Positions 49,409 to 59,019 of a stretch of 64,000 bases of DNA are shown piece after piece. The notes beneath the pieces were generated by a model that saw only the letters and a program-made list of their open reading frames with translations, had not been told where the DNA came from and searched no databases. This stretch comes from an uncultured Chitinophaga sp. GTDB taxonomy: Bacteria; Bacteroidota; Bacteroidia; NS11-12g; UBA9320. Each line of letters opens with the position of its first letter. The first letter of the stretch is position 1. Location: NCBI GenBank assembly GCA_964617955.1, contig CAZTXB010000014.1, positions 8,430 through 72,429 on the forward strand. The letters run 5' to 3'. Both the position numbers and the translations under genes were made by a program.

Positions 49409-50953
49409 TTAGTTTTCAATAGGAGTAATTCCGATTAGGCTTACCTCTATGCCATTGGTTTTTGCATTTATTTGATAGTTCTGAAATATTTCGACCACGT
49501 CGTAATGAATACTTCTCGATTTACTTCCATCGATAATCACTTTTGAATTTGCAGGGATAGTATTCAACATCGCCAGAATGCTTCCTTTGTTGAGAAAAGA
49601 AACCTCCTCCGACAGTTGAATAATATGTTCACTGCCTTCCTGAGCCTCTTCCTTGATTTGGTGAAATGGATTCAAGAAATTGTTTCTTAACAAATAAAAA
49701 ATGGCTATAACCATCCCAATGCCAATACCTTTAAGCAAATCGGTAAGTAAAATAGCGACTACGGTGACTACAAAAGGTACAAATTGTTCCCATCCGAGTT
49801 TATACATTTGTTTAAAGAGGGAAGGTTTAGCCAATTTATATCCCACTATAAATAATATAGAAGCCAGGGTGGCTAATGGAATCATATTGAGAACTGCTGG
49901 TAAAAGTATGGCTGAGATGAGAAGAAATACACCATGTAAAATGGCCGATAATTTGGTTTTGCCTCCAAAGGTTATGTTGGCACTGCTGCGCACAATGACC
50001 TGTGTAATAGGCAAACCGCCGATCATCCCTGATAAAATATTTCCAACCCCTTGCGCTTTGAGTTCCCTGTTGGTTGGAGTAACTCTTTTGTCAGGGTCAA
50101 GCTTATCGGTAGCCTCTACACAAAGCAAGGTTTCCAAACTGGCAACCAATGCAATGACCAATGCCAATAAATAGACATCAGGATTGCTCAGTGCGCTGAA
50201 ATTTGGAAGAGTGAATTGCCCCAGAAATTCTCCGAAACTATGTGCTTCCGGAATATTTACGGTTTGCTTTCTGTTCAATGAAAAGGGTAACCATCCCTTC
50301 TGAAAAGTGTAATTCAGGACTATGCCGGTAAATACTGCCACTAACGGCCCATTGAGCATACTAAATACTTTATGCTTTTTGGCAAGTACCAGATCCCAAA
50401 GCAGCAGAATGCCTAAAGACACAAAGGTCACTAAAATGGCACCGGGAGTGATATATCTGAGCATATTATACAGTTCTGAAAAGGTGTTTTGCCCATCGAT
50501 TTGAGCAAAGGCATCGTCTCCTTCAAAATCTAAATCATAACCTACTGCATGTGGCATTTGCTTAAAAATAATGAGCAATCCAATACCGGTAAGCATTCCC
50601 TTAATTACAGAAGAAGGGAAATAATAAGCAATGATGCCTAGTTTTAAATAACCGGAAATGAGTTGAATAACGCCGGCCAATACAACAGCCAACAAAAAGG
50701 ATTCCCATGAACCACCAAGTGTTGCTACAGCATTGAGCACAATAACCGCAAGCCCGGCAGCCGGACCACTGACCCCCAGGGGTGAACCACTTACCGAACC
50801 AACGACCATTCCCCCGATAACACCAGCAATAATTCCTGCGAACAAAGGTGCACCTGAAGCCAGGGCTATTCCCAAACACAGAGGTACTGCTACAAAAAAT
50901 ACAATGATACTAGCCGGTAAATCGCTTTTAATTTCCTTGAATAATTTTTTCAC
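49409..50953 (-). CDS. SulP-family inorganic anion (sulfate/bicarbonate) transporter with a C-terminal STAS domain.
   Basis: The 514-aa polytopic protein has the SulP N-terminal motif (SGAPLFAGIIAGVIGGMVVGSVSGSPLGVSGPAAGLAVIV). Its C-terminal soluble domain is about 120 aa. Confidence 0.85.
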   Translation of the reverse strand: MKKLFKEIKSDLPASIIVFFVAVPLCLGIALASGAPLFAGIIAGVIGGMVVGSVSGSPLGVSGPAAGLAVIVLNAVATLGGSWESFLLAVVLAGVIQLISGYLKLGIIAYYFPSSVIKGMLTGIGLLIIFKQMPHAVGYDLDFEGDDAFAQIDGQNTFSELYNMLRYITPGAILVTFVSLGILLLWDLVLAKKHKVFSMLNGPLVAVFTGIVLNYTFQKGWLPFSLNRKQTVNIPEAHSFGEFLGQFTLPNFSALSNPDVYLLALVIALVASLETLLCVEATDKLDPDKRVTPTNRELKAQGVGNILSGMIGGLPITQVIVRSSANITFGGKTKLSAILHGVFLLISAILLPAVLNMIPLATLASILFIVGYKLAKPSLFKQMYKLGWEQFVPFVVTVVAILLTDLLKGIGIGMVIAIFYLLRNNFLNPFHQIKEEAQEGSEHIIQLSEEVSFLNKGSILAMLNTIPANSKVIIDGSKSRSIHYDVVEIFQNYQINAKTNGIEVSLIGITPIEN

Positions 50954-51048
50954 GTGTTAAAAATATTTTGCGCAAAAATAGTAAAAGTATTTTTAATGAT
51001 AGTATTACTATTATAAATAAATATTCTACTTTTGTGTATCATTAACCC

Positions 51049-51726
51049 ATGGAGTTACAGCTGAAAATACCTATGAACCATAGGCTATTTATTAGAGACC
51101 CTGAAGAAACAGAGTTGGGTAAAAAAATTATTGAGCATAGTATTTTGCTTATTCACAAAATTGGATTTGAGGCATTTACTTTTAAAAAAGTTGCTGCCCA
51201 GATTAAAACGACTGAGGCGGGAATTTATAGGTATTTTGAAAATAAGCATCTCTTACTCATCTACCTTGTCGATTGGTATTGGAGTTGGCAAGCCTACCGA
51301 TTAACCTATAACACAAAAAATTTAACCCAAACCAAGGATAAGCTGTCTTGCGCCATTGCATTGTTATCCAGCCCGGTAATGGATGATATTGCCACCTCCC
51401 ATATTAAGGAAAACTTGTTATATGATATCGTCATGGCCGAAGGGGCCAAATCATACCTCACAAGAAATGTAGCCCAATACAATGAGGCCAAACTGTTTAA
51501 GCCTTACAAGGATTTTTGTGGGAAGATCGCCGAAATCATAAGTGAATATAATCCCAACTATAAATTTCCGAGATCTTTGGCCTCTACCATCATTGAAATG
51601 GCACATTCCCAGTCATTTTATCAAAAAAATCTTCCATCATTAACTGATTTTGGAAATTCGAAAGATGAAGGAATCATTGCAAAATTTCTGGAAGAAATGG
51701 TGCTTGCCGCCATTAACAAGGCTTAA
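51049..51726 (+). CDS. TetR/AcrR-family transcriptional regulator.
   Basis: The N-terminal HTH is FTFKKVAAQIKTTEAGIYRYFENKHLLL. Confidence 0.7.
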   Translation: MELQLKIPMNHRLFIRDPEETELGKKIIEHSILLIHKIGFEAFTFKKVAAQIKTTEAGIYRYFENKHLLLIYLVDWYWSWQAYRLTYNTKNLTQTKDKLSCAIALLSSPVMDDIATSHIKENLLYDIVMAEGAKSYLTRNVAQYNEAKLFKPYKDFCGKIAEIISEYNPNYKFPRSLASTIIEMAHSQSFYQKNLPSLTDFGNSKDEGIIAKFLEEMVLAAINKA

Positions 51727-51728
51727 TT

Positions 51729-53114
51729 CTAGAGGTGAATGACTTCACCGTAGGCTGCTGCTGTAGCTTCCATAATGGCCTCGCTCATGGTTGGGTGCGG
51801 ATGCACCGACTTAATGATTTCTTGGCCGGTGGTTTCTAGTTTACGGGCAACTACCGCTTCAGCTATCATTTCCGTCACGTTGGCTCCTACCATATGGCAA
51901 CCGAGCCATTCACCGTATTTGGCGTCAAATATCACTTTTACAAACCCTTCTTTAGCACCAGCGGCACTGGCTTTGCCTGAAGCAGAGAATGGAAATTTAC
52001 CCACCTTAATTTCATAACCCATTTCAATGGCTTGTTTTTCGGTATAACCCAAAGAAGCCACTTCAGGCCAGCAATAGGTACAACCCGGAATATTGTTATA
52101 ATCAAGTGGTTCGGGATGGTGGCCCGCTATTTTTTCTACACAAATAATGCCTTCCGCGCTGGCCACGTGTGCCAAAGCCTGTCCAGGAACAATGTCGCCA
52201 ATGGCATAAACACCGGCCACATTGGTTTGGTAAAACGGATCCACCAAAACCTTTCCTTTATCGGTTTTAATTCCAAGATTTTCGAGTCCTAAGTTTTCCA
52301 GGTTCGTTTGAACACCTGCTGCCATGAGCACTATATCGCATTCACGGGTTTCTTCTCCTTTGGGGGTTTTTATTTTTACTGAGCATCCAGGGCCTGCAGT
52401 GTTCACTGATTCCACCGTTGATGAAGTAAGAACTTCAATGCCTTTATTCTTAAAACTTTTCTCCATTGCCTTGCTCACCTCTTCGTCCTCTACAGGCAAT
52501 ATATTTGGCATAAATTCCACAAGGGTTACTTTGGTACCCATGCTGTTATAAAAATATGCAAACTCGCTCCCAATAGCTCCTGAGCCGATTACAATCATCG
52601 ATTTGGGCAGCTCCGGTAAAACCATGGCTTCCCTGTATCCAATGATTTTCTTTCCGTCAATTTTAATATTGGGTAACTCGCGGCTTCTGGCTCCTGTGGC
52701 TAAAATAATGCTTTTGGCTTCATAGGTAAGTTTAGCACCGTTTGCCTCTACTTCAACTTTTCCTTTCCCTAAAATTTTACCAACGCCCTGAAGCACATTG
52801 ATTTTATTTTTCTTCATTAAAAATTGAACGCCTTTGCTCATTCCTGCAGCTACTTTTCTGCTTCTTCCTATCACGGCGTCAAAATCCACCACCGAATCCA
52901 CTACCGAAATACCATATTCTTCGGCGTGCTTAATGTATTCAAAAACCTGGGCCGATTTTAAAAGTGCTTTGGTAGGTATGCATCCCCAGTTAAGACATAT
53001 TCCTCCAATTTCTGCTTTTTCAACAACAGCAACACTCAGCCCTAGCTGAGAGGCTCTTATGGCAGCAACATAACCTCCCGGACCGCTTCCAATTATTATA
53101 ATATCGAATGACAT
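51729..53114 (-). CDS. lpdA: Dihydrolipoyl dehydrogenase (E3).
   Basis: It starts MSFDIIIIGSGPGGYVAAIRASQLG...GGICLNWGCIPTK (redox-active disulfide). The interface motif is HPHPTMSEA. Confidence 0.9.
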   Translation of the reverse strand: MSFDIIIIGSGPGGYVAAIRASQLGLSVAVVEKAEIGGICLNWGCIPTKALLKSAQVFEYIKHAEEYGISVVDSVVDFDAVIGRSRKVAAGMSKGVQFLMKKNKINVLQGVGKILGKGKVEVEANGAKLTYEAKSIILATGARSRELPNIKIDGKKIIGYREAMVLPELPKSMIVIGSGAIGSEFAYFYNSMGTKVTLVEFMPNILPVEDEEVSKAMEKSFKNKGIEVLTSSTVESVNTAGPGCSVKIKTPKGEETRECDIVLMAAGVQTNLENLGLENLGIKTDKGKVLVDPFYQTNVAGVYAIGDIVPGQALAHVASAEGIICVEKIAGHHPEPLDYNNIPGCTYCWPEVASLGYTEKQAIEMGYEIKVGKFPFSASGKASAAGAKEGFVKVIFDAKYGEWLGCHMVGANVTEMIAEAVVARKLETTGQEIIKSVHPHPTMSEAIMEATAAAYGEVIHL

Positions 53115-53241
53115 GCTGCAAAGATAAAAGGAATTACCATTTAAGAATTTGAAATTTAAGTCGCTCCTTAAAATGTTCGGCTTGATTCACTTTTTGCCCT
53201 CTGTGTTAGAGAGTAATCAAAAAAAATCCATCACACCAAAC

Positions 53242-54699
53242 TTACTCATTCTTAGAATCTCCGGGTGGATTATTAGGACGGTTGGGGTTTCCCGGGCGAT
53301 TGTTGTTAGGACGATTTGGATTATTTGGACGGGTGTTGTTAGGCTGGTTGCCGCCATTGTTCCCATTTCGGTTTGGTCTGAAATTTTTGTTAGGGTTTGG
53401 GTTCGGATTCTGAACACGCGGATTTTCATTCCTTTCCTGATTTTGGGGTCTGTTATCCTGACGGTTGGGATGGTTTGGATTTGGAGGATTGGGTCTTTGA
53501 TTTCTTTCAGGGTTTCGGTTTCCTGAGTTCTGATTTTTAGCGTTAAAGGGTCGGTTGCGGTCTCTGAAATTTCGGTCACCCTGTTTGTTTTTGCGATTCT
53601 TATCCTCGAGCCGAGTGATGCTGGAGTCTTCGAGCATGTCGTCGACCTTATAGGCTGTTTTCGACATAATTTCAGCTCCCAATGGCCTGTCTACCAGTGT
53701 TTCAGGTATTTCTCCTTTTTTATTTTTTTCAATAATTTCATTCACTTTGGCTGCTTCAATCGGTATCCAATCTCCGGGTTTATCCTGATAAGAAAACCAC
53801 ATCATTTTTTTCAAAATATCCACTTTTTGAAGGGTGGCGGTACCTACCTTAGTTTTTACCGACACTTTCTCAGTACCCGGGAACTCGTCAAGAGACTCCA
53901 TATAGGTATCGAGTTCATAATTAAGGCAACATTTTAAGCGCCCACACTGGCCTGAAAGTTTGAGCATATTGATGCTGAGGTTTTGATATCTCGCAGCTGA
54001 AATATTCACGATCTTGTAGTCGGTAAGCCAGGTACTGCAGCACAACTCTCTTCCACACGAACCAATTCCACCCAAACGGCTGGCTTCTTCACGGTAGCTT
54101 ATCTGACGCATTTCGATGCGGGTTTTAAAATCGGCGGCATACCGTTTGATAAGCTCCCTAAAATCCACTCTTTCCTCTGCTGTATAAAAGAAAATCACTT
54201 TTTTTCCATCGGCCTGAAACTCAATATCGCTCAGTTTCATTTCTAATTTCAGCTCCAGTGCAATGGTTCTTGCCTTTTCAAGGGTTGAGGGTTCTTTGGC
54301 CTTAAACTCGGTATACTTTTCTTTGTCGGCCTCTGTAGCTATTCTATAAATTTTCTTGATAGCGGCATTGTCTTCGGTCATTTCGGCTTTGCGCAATTGC
54401 AAGCGCACCAGTTCACCGGTTAGCGAAACGTGCCCTATATCATGCCCTAAATCGCTTTCCACTACCACCGCATCTCCTGTGTAAAGTTCAAAATGGTTAA
54501 CGTTTCTAAAAAATTCTTTTCGACTGCCTTTAAATCTGATTTCAATGATATCGAAAGGGGTATAGTTTTCGGGCAAATCGATATCCTTAAACCAGTCGTA
54601 GGTATTTAATTTATTGCAACCCGATGTGCCACAGGTGCCGTTGCTTTTACACCCTTTTGGCGCCCCATCAGTTGTAGTTCCACATGATCCGCATCCCAT
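53242..54699 (-). CDS. ricT: PSP1-domain protein (RicT/YaaT homolog) with a Cys-rich N-terminus and a roughly 110-aa N/P/R-rich low-complexity C-terminal tail.
   Basis: The PSP1 core is GSCGRELCCSTWL...KLSGQCGRLKCCLNYE. Synteny with holB upstream matches B. subtilis. The tail contains repeats such as NPNRPNN and RPNNPNRPNNNRPGNPNRPNNP. Confidence 0.8.
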   Translation of the reverse strand: MGCGSCGTTTDGAPKGCKSNGTCGTSGCNKLNTYDWFKDIDLPENYTPFDIIEIRFKGSRKEFFRNVNHFELYTGDAVVVESDLGHDIGHVSLTGELVRLQLRKAEMTEDNAAIKKIYRIATEADKEKYTEFKAKEPSTLEKARTIALELKLEMKLSDIEFQADGKKVIFFYTAEERVDFRELIKRYAADFKTRIEMRQISYREEASRLGGIGSCGRELCCSTWLTDYKIVNISAARYQNLSINMLKLSGQCGRLKCCLNYELDTYMESLDEFPGTEKVSVKTKVGTATLQKVDILKKMMWFSYQDKPGDWIPIEAAKVNEIIEKNKKGEIPETLVDRPLGAEIMSKTAYKVDDMLEDSSITRLEDKNRKNKQGDRNFRDRNRPFNAKNQNSGNRNPERNQRPNPPNPNHPNRQDNRPQNQERNENPRVQNPNPNPNKNFRPNRNGNNGGNQPNNTRPNNPNRPNNNRPGNPNRPNNPPGDSKNE

Positions 54700-55001
54700 A
54701 TATCTATTCAGCTAAATGTTAAAAATAAATGGCGAAGATAGGGTAATTTTATTTGCAAATCGGGATACCCAATTTGGGGTGCACTGCTTTCGCGTAAAAA
54801 CGTGAGAATAGGGAGTGTTGGTGCGATGCATTGGTATTCCATGTCAAAGAATCTGCTATTGATTGGAAGTCCAAAAATAATGGAAATTTGAAATGATGAA
54901 TGAATCATCAACCCATTTCAAAAGCACAAAGGTTTAGAGTGTTTTTTTTACAGGCTTTGGGTTAAAATTACATTGGTGGCAGCCCTGCCAGGCGAATCTG
55001 C

Positions 55002-56123
55002 TTACTTTTCAAGAAGAATATTTCTCATGTTCAGTGAAAGATTAAACAGCGAAATTTTAGCATTGGCGTTCCTATCGATATGATAAATGGTATCGTTGAT
55101 TTTACTATAAATTTTTTCAATTTTCTTTTCGTTCAAAATCTTGCTGATATTTAGTATAAAATTAGCATTTGATTCAGGCACTCTGGGTTTATGGTCCTTG
55201 ATATAACGGCAATGCAAGCACTCTCCAAAAACATAGAGGCAATTTTCAAGAAATTGCTTTATTTTTTCTCTTCCCTGCCCTGAAGTAAACGTAACCCAGT
55301 CGTTTATTTTTTGAATATTGCGGGCATAACAGTATTGAAGCCATTGCTGCATGCGCTCGGTGTATTCTTTTTCCTCTTCATGCATGAGCTGCTGTGCCAG
55401 GCTCATATTGCCCCTGCTCAGATACGCCACCGTTTCGGCATCTTTTTCGGCCATCTCATAATGTTTCCTTAAATATTCGGTCACGGTTTTAGCCGAATAG
55501 GCAGGTACGTTGTAAATTTGGGTTCTCGATATGATCGTCGGTAAAATCAAATTAACATCCTCCGTTACTAGAATTAAGTGGGTTTCATCCGGGGGTTCTT
55601 CTATGAGCTTGAGAAGTATATTTCCATTTTGACCCAAAAATTCGGGAAGCCAAATAAGCATAAATTTTTTACCCCCTTCATACGACTTTAAACTCAGCCT
55701 TTTGAGTATATCGCGGCATTCATCTGCACTGATATTTCCCTGTTTATTTTGATCTTCTTTCGATTTTATGGCTTCCATCCAATCCTCATAGCTCAAAAAT
55801 GGGTTGTCAATCAAAGCTTTTCGCCATTCCTGTATAAAAACGTTGCTCAGCTTCGCTCCGTCGCTGCTGATGATGGGAAAGCTGAAATGCACATCGGGGT
55901 GAATAAGCGATTTGTTTTTTGAGCAAGCATCACATTCGCCACATGAATCGGTTTCGGTTGGTTTTTCGCATAGCAAATACGACATCATAGCTAAGGCAAG
56001 AGCCAATCCGCCATTGCCTTCGGGGCCGTGAATAAGAATGGCATGCGGCAATCGCTGTTTTAAGCCGGCCGTTAGCATTCTCGACTTAATTAAACTTCTT
56101 CCCGGGATATTCTCAAATCGCAT
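55002..56123 (-). CDS. holB: DNA polymerase III delta-prime subunit.
   Basis: The AAA+ P-loop-like segment is ILIHGPEGNGGLALALA. A zinc module (CGECDAC) is present. The length is about 370 aa. Confidence 0.8.
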   Translation of the reverse strand: MRFENIPGRSLIKSRMLTAGLKQRLPHAILIHGPEGNGGLALALAMMSYLLCEKPTETDSCGECDACSKNKSLIHPDVHFSFPIISSDGAKLSNVFIQEWRKALIDNPFLSYEDWMEAIKSKEDQNKQGNISADECRDILKRLSLKSYEGGKKFMLIWLPEFLGQNGNILLKLIEEPPDETHLILVTEDVNLILPTIISRTQIYNVPAYSAKTVTEYLRKHYEMAEKDAETVAYLSRGNMSLAQQLMHEEEKEYTERMQQWLQYCYARNIQKINDWVTFTSGQGREKIKQFLENCLYVFGECLHCRYIKDHKPRVPESNANFILNISKILNEKKIEKIYSKINDTIYHIDRNANAKISLFNLSLNMRNILLEK

Positions 56124-56164
56124 AGGATTTAGTAAAAAGTCAAATTTGAGAAATTCTGTCCCAT

Positions 56165-58639
56165 CTATTCAGCGCTTTCAGGCTTTTTTCTTTTTATAAA
56201 TTGAGATCCAAGAGCTGCTGCCAAAAGTACATACATCAAGAGGTTACTCACCAAAGCTAAACTTGAGGCTTGCTTTAAAACCTGAGGTTCAAATCTGAAT
56301 TCTATTTTGTGGCTTCCGGCAGGGAGGAGCATGCCTCTCAAAATATAATTGCACCTGAAGTGAGGCACTTTTTTATTATCGACATATGCCGACCAACCTT
56401 TTTTATCGTTGTAGTAAATCTCCGAAAACACAGCCAGTTGTGGCGCTTTGGCATTATAGCTGTAAGTGAGCTTATCGGGATGGTAAGAATCCAATAATAT
56501 GGCATTGGACGAATCATAATCCGGAGTAAACCCTTTGAGTTGATCTGCATAGCGCTTATCTACTATGGCGGTATTTTTTGGGTTTATGTCTCCAAGCATT
56601 TGTATTTCTTCGTTCGCATCTTTCAAGAGTTTGTAGTCTCTTACAAACCATGCATTGCCGCAGGCGTCCGGATTTTGGGGGGCAAAAAGCTGACCGGTAT
56701 TCTGATCTTGCTGTATAAAGTATTTCACATTGAGCATATTGAAAATGTCCATATCGTTGTTCACAATATGCCATTCAACGACCTCTTGAAAACGGCGGAG
56801 TTTTGCAGCGTGATATCCCCCAATGGAGTGGTGAAAGTAAGAGGCGCTTGCACTGGTAAAGGGATTTTGAGTCACATCGTAAACCCGGTAGTAGCTTTTA
56901 TCCTTTAATATTTCAAGATCGGCAGGCGAAGGAGTAGTATTCTGAGCAGTATACGCCTTTTCCTTTTCCCAGCTTTTATCGTTTAAATACCTTCTGTCTA
57001 CCATCCAAAGATCTACCAAAATCAAAACTCCAACAATGGCCATGGTATAGTTTCGGTTAAGTTTGCCTTTGAAAAAATACCAGAAGGTGGCAAATCCCGC
57101 CGCAATAAAAAAAAGTGATCTCAAAGCGTCCATTCTCAAATAGCTTGCCCTGTCACTGATTATGGCATCGTTGGGGGCTACATTTTTTGGATTAGAACTC
57201 ACAAAATCGGCACCACCGGAGTATAAAATCATTAAAATGCAAAAACCTCCCGTAACATACAAGGCTCTCCACAGGGCCTTTTTAACCGCAGCTTGATCTA
57301 TTTTTTCTTTAAACAGTTCATTCAAAGAAATCATTGAGAAAATTGCTACGGCAATTTGTCCGATTACCAATGACATATTCACGGATCGGAACTTGTTGTA
57401 CAAAGGCAGGTAATGAAATAAAATCTGATTGAAGGATATAAAGTTTTCGCCTAGGGAGCAAAGCAGGGACAGAATGAGTGCTACAAGCCACCACCACTTA
57501 GTTGGGCTTTTGCTGTAAAACATGCCGAAACTAAAAAGGAATAAAACCAGAGCGCCGAAATACACAGGACCTGATGTGAAATCGAGAGAGCCCCAGTAAG
57601 CCCATGGATTAACTTTTTGAGCCAACAATTGCTGTGCTTGTTGTGCCTGTCCAGGGTCTGTACTTTGGGCCAACTGCTTCAAAAAATCATAGGTGGCATC
57701 GCCTTTGTTTAATTGAGTTCCACCACCCCCTCCTGCAAAGTTCGGAATAATAATGGTGGGAAGTTCCTCCCATCCCTGGCTCCAGTCAAAGGCATAATCC
57801 ATATCTAAACCTGTACTTTTCGGTTTTTTTGATAAGGTCTTTTTGCCGTCGGCCGTAACCTGTTTAATGGTTAGCTCGGATTGTCCGCGGATGGTTTCTT
57901 TTGAATATTCTTCGGTGAGAAGCAATGAAACGCTGTTGGTTCCTAAACCTATGAGCGAAGCCCCACAAAACAATCCCACTGCCATTGCAAATGGCTTTAA
58001 GGCTTTACTTTTAAATGCAGCAACTGCCTCAGCTATCATCCAAAGTCCAAGAATCAATCCCAGGTAATACGTAATTTGAAAGTGATTGGATTGCAATTGA
58101 AGGGCCATGGCCGCTGTGGTTACCCCTGCGCCGATGAGCCATTTTTTATTTAAAAGCAATTTGAAACCGGCCAGAAGCAGAGGAGCATACCCTATGGCAT
58201 ATAGTTTGGTGTTATGCCCTGCCTCAATTAAAATAATATTGTAACTTGAAAAGGCGTAAGCTATCCCTCCAATGGCTGCAATCCACGGGTTCACTCCAAA
58301 AGTCAGAAGTAAAACAAAGGCGCATACCATGCCCACAAACAGCATATTTACAGGATGGGTAAACAGACTTATTTTGCGAAGATATTTTGCATAATTGTTG
58401 GGAGGTTCGTAGGAAATTTGATAAGTAGGCATGCCACCAAACATGGAGTTGGTCCAAAGGGGCCCATGCCCTTCTTTGGCTTTATAATCCTGAATTTCTT
58501 TGGAGGCCCCACTGTATTGCTGAATATCACCCTGGCGCACCACCTTGCCATTGAAAGCCGGGGCCATATAAACGGCCGTTAACAAAGCGAAAATCGCAAT
58601 AGGAATCAGGTACTGTAAATACTTTTTGTAGGCGTTCAT
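56165..58639 (-). CDS. YfhO-family polytopic membrane protein (putative glycosyl-transfer-associated).
   Basis: The 824-aa protein has more than 12 TM helices in the N-terminal two-thirds and a C-terminal soluble region ending in a final TM helix. This architecture is typical of YfhO. Confidence 0.6.
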   Translation of the reverse strand: MNAYKKYLQYLIPIAIFALLTAVYMAPAFNGKVVRQGDIQQYSGASKEIQDYKAKEGHGPLWTNSMFGGMPTYQISYEPPNNYAKYLRKISLFTHPVNMLFVGMVCAFVLLLTFGVNPWIAAIGGIAYAFSSYNIILIEAGHNTKLYAIGYAPLLLAGFKLLLNKKWLIGAGVTTAAMALQLQSNHFQITYYLGLILGLWMIAEAVAAFKSKALKPFAMAVGLFCGASLIGLGTNSVSLLLTEEYSKETIRGQSELTIKQVTADGKKTLSKKPKSTGLDMDYAFDWSQGWEELPTIIIPNFAGGGGGTQLNKGDATYDFLKQLAQSTDPGQAQQAQQLLAQKVNPWAYWGSLDFTSGPVYFGALVLFLFSFGMFYSKSPTKWWWLVALILSLLCSLGENFISFNQILFHYLPLYNKFRSVNMSLVIGQIAVAIFSMISLNELFKEKIDQAAVKKALWRALYVTGGFCILMILYSGGADFVSSNPKNVAPNDAIISDRASYLRMDALRSLFFIAAGFATFWYFFKGKLNRNYTMAIVGVLILVDLWMVDRRYLNDKSWEKEKAYTAQNTTPSPADLEILKDKSYYRVYDVTQNPFTSASASYFHHSIGGYHAAKLRRFQEVVEWHIVNNDMDIFNMLNVKYFIQQDQNTGQLFAPQNPDACGNAWFVRDYKLLKDANEEIQMLGDINPKNTAIVDKRYADQLKGFTPDYDSSNAILLDSYHPDKLTYSYNAKAPQLAVFSEIYYNDKKGWSAYVDNKKVPHFRCNYILRGMLLPAGSHKIEFRFEPQVLKQASSLALVSNLLMYVLLAAALGSQFIKRKKPESAE

Positions 58640-59019
58640 TTATTTTTATGATAGAGGCACAAACATAAATCAAATACCGCAATGGGCAAAGTGTAAATTA
58701 ATCCTTTGAAGCAGGCTGTTTCTTAAAAATAAGCCCTCTAAAGAGCCAATTTAAAATACATCAATGCCTTATAGCTCGGTGGATTCTTAGCCAAATTCAA
58801 CTCAGGATTTATGCGTATCCTTAACAGGATGAAACGTGAGTTTACAGGAATTATTTATGCGGACTCAAAAAAAACAACAGCTTAAAAAGTGGGAAATTTC
58901 TTTCCATCATTTCTAACCCTCCACACCTAAATATTATGTGCAAAACCCGTTAAGAAATATTTCATCAAAAAAAGAAGGAGTAAGCCAGTGTATTTCTATC
59001 TTCGCGAAACTTCTTAACT

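Noticed and set aside
49701-50174. 157-aa ORF on the plus strand.
   Set aside because: It is antisense within the SulP transporter CDS. The strong hydrophobic codon periodicity of the transporter generates open antisense frames.
53149-53579. ORFs of 125 aa on the plus strand and 120 aa on the minus strand overlapping the 3' end of the ricT gene.
   Set aside because: They arise from the repetitive low-complexity DNA that encodes the N/P/R-rich tail. They have no independent start or RBS context and no domain.
54708-54911. 67-aa minus-strand ORF in the holB-ricT intergenic region.
   Set aside because: It is short with no homology signal and lies in a region with palindromes (tttgaaatg…catttcaaa) that more likely act in regulation.
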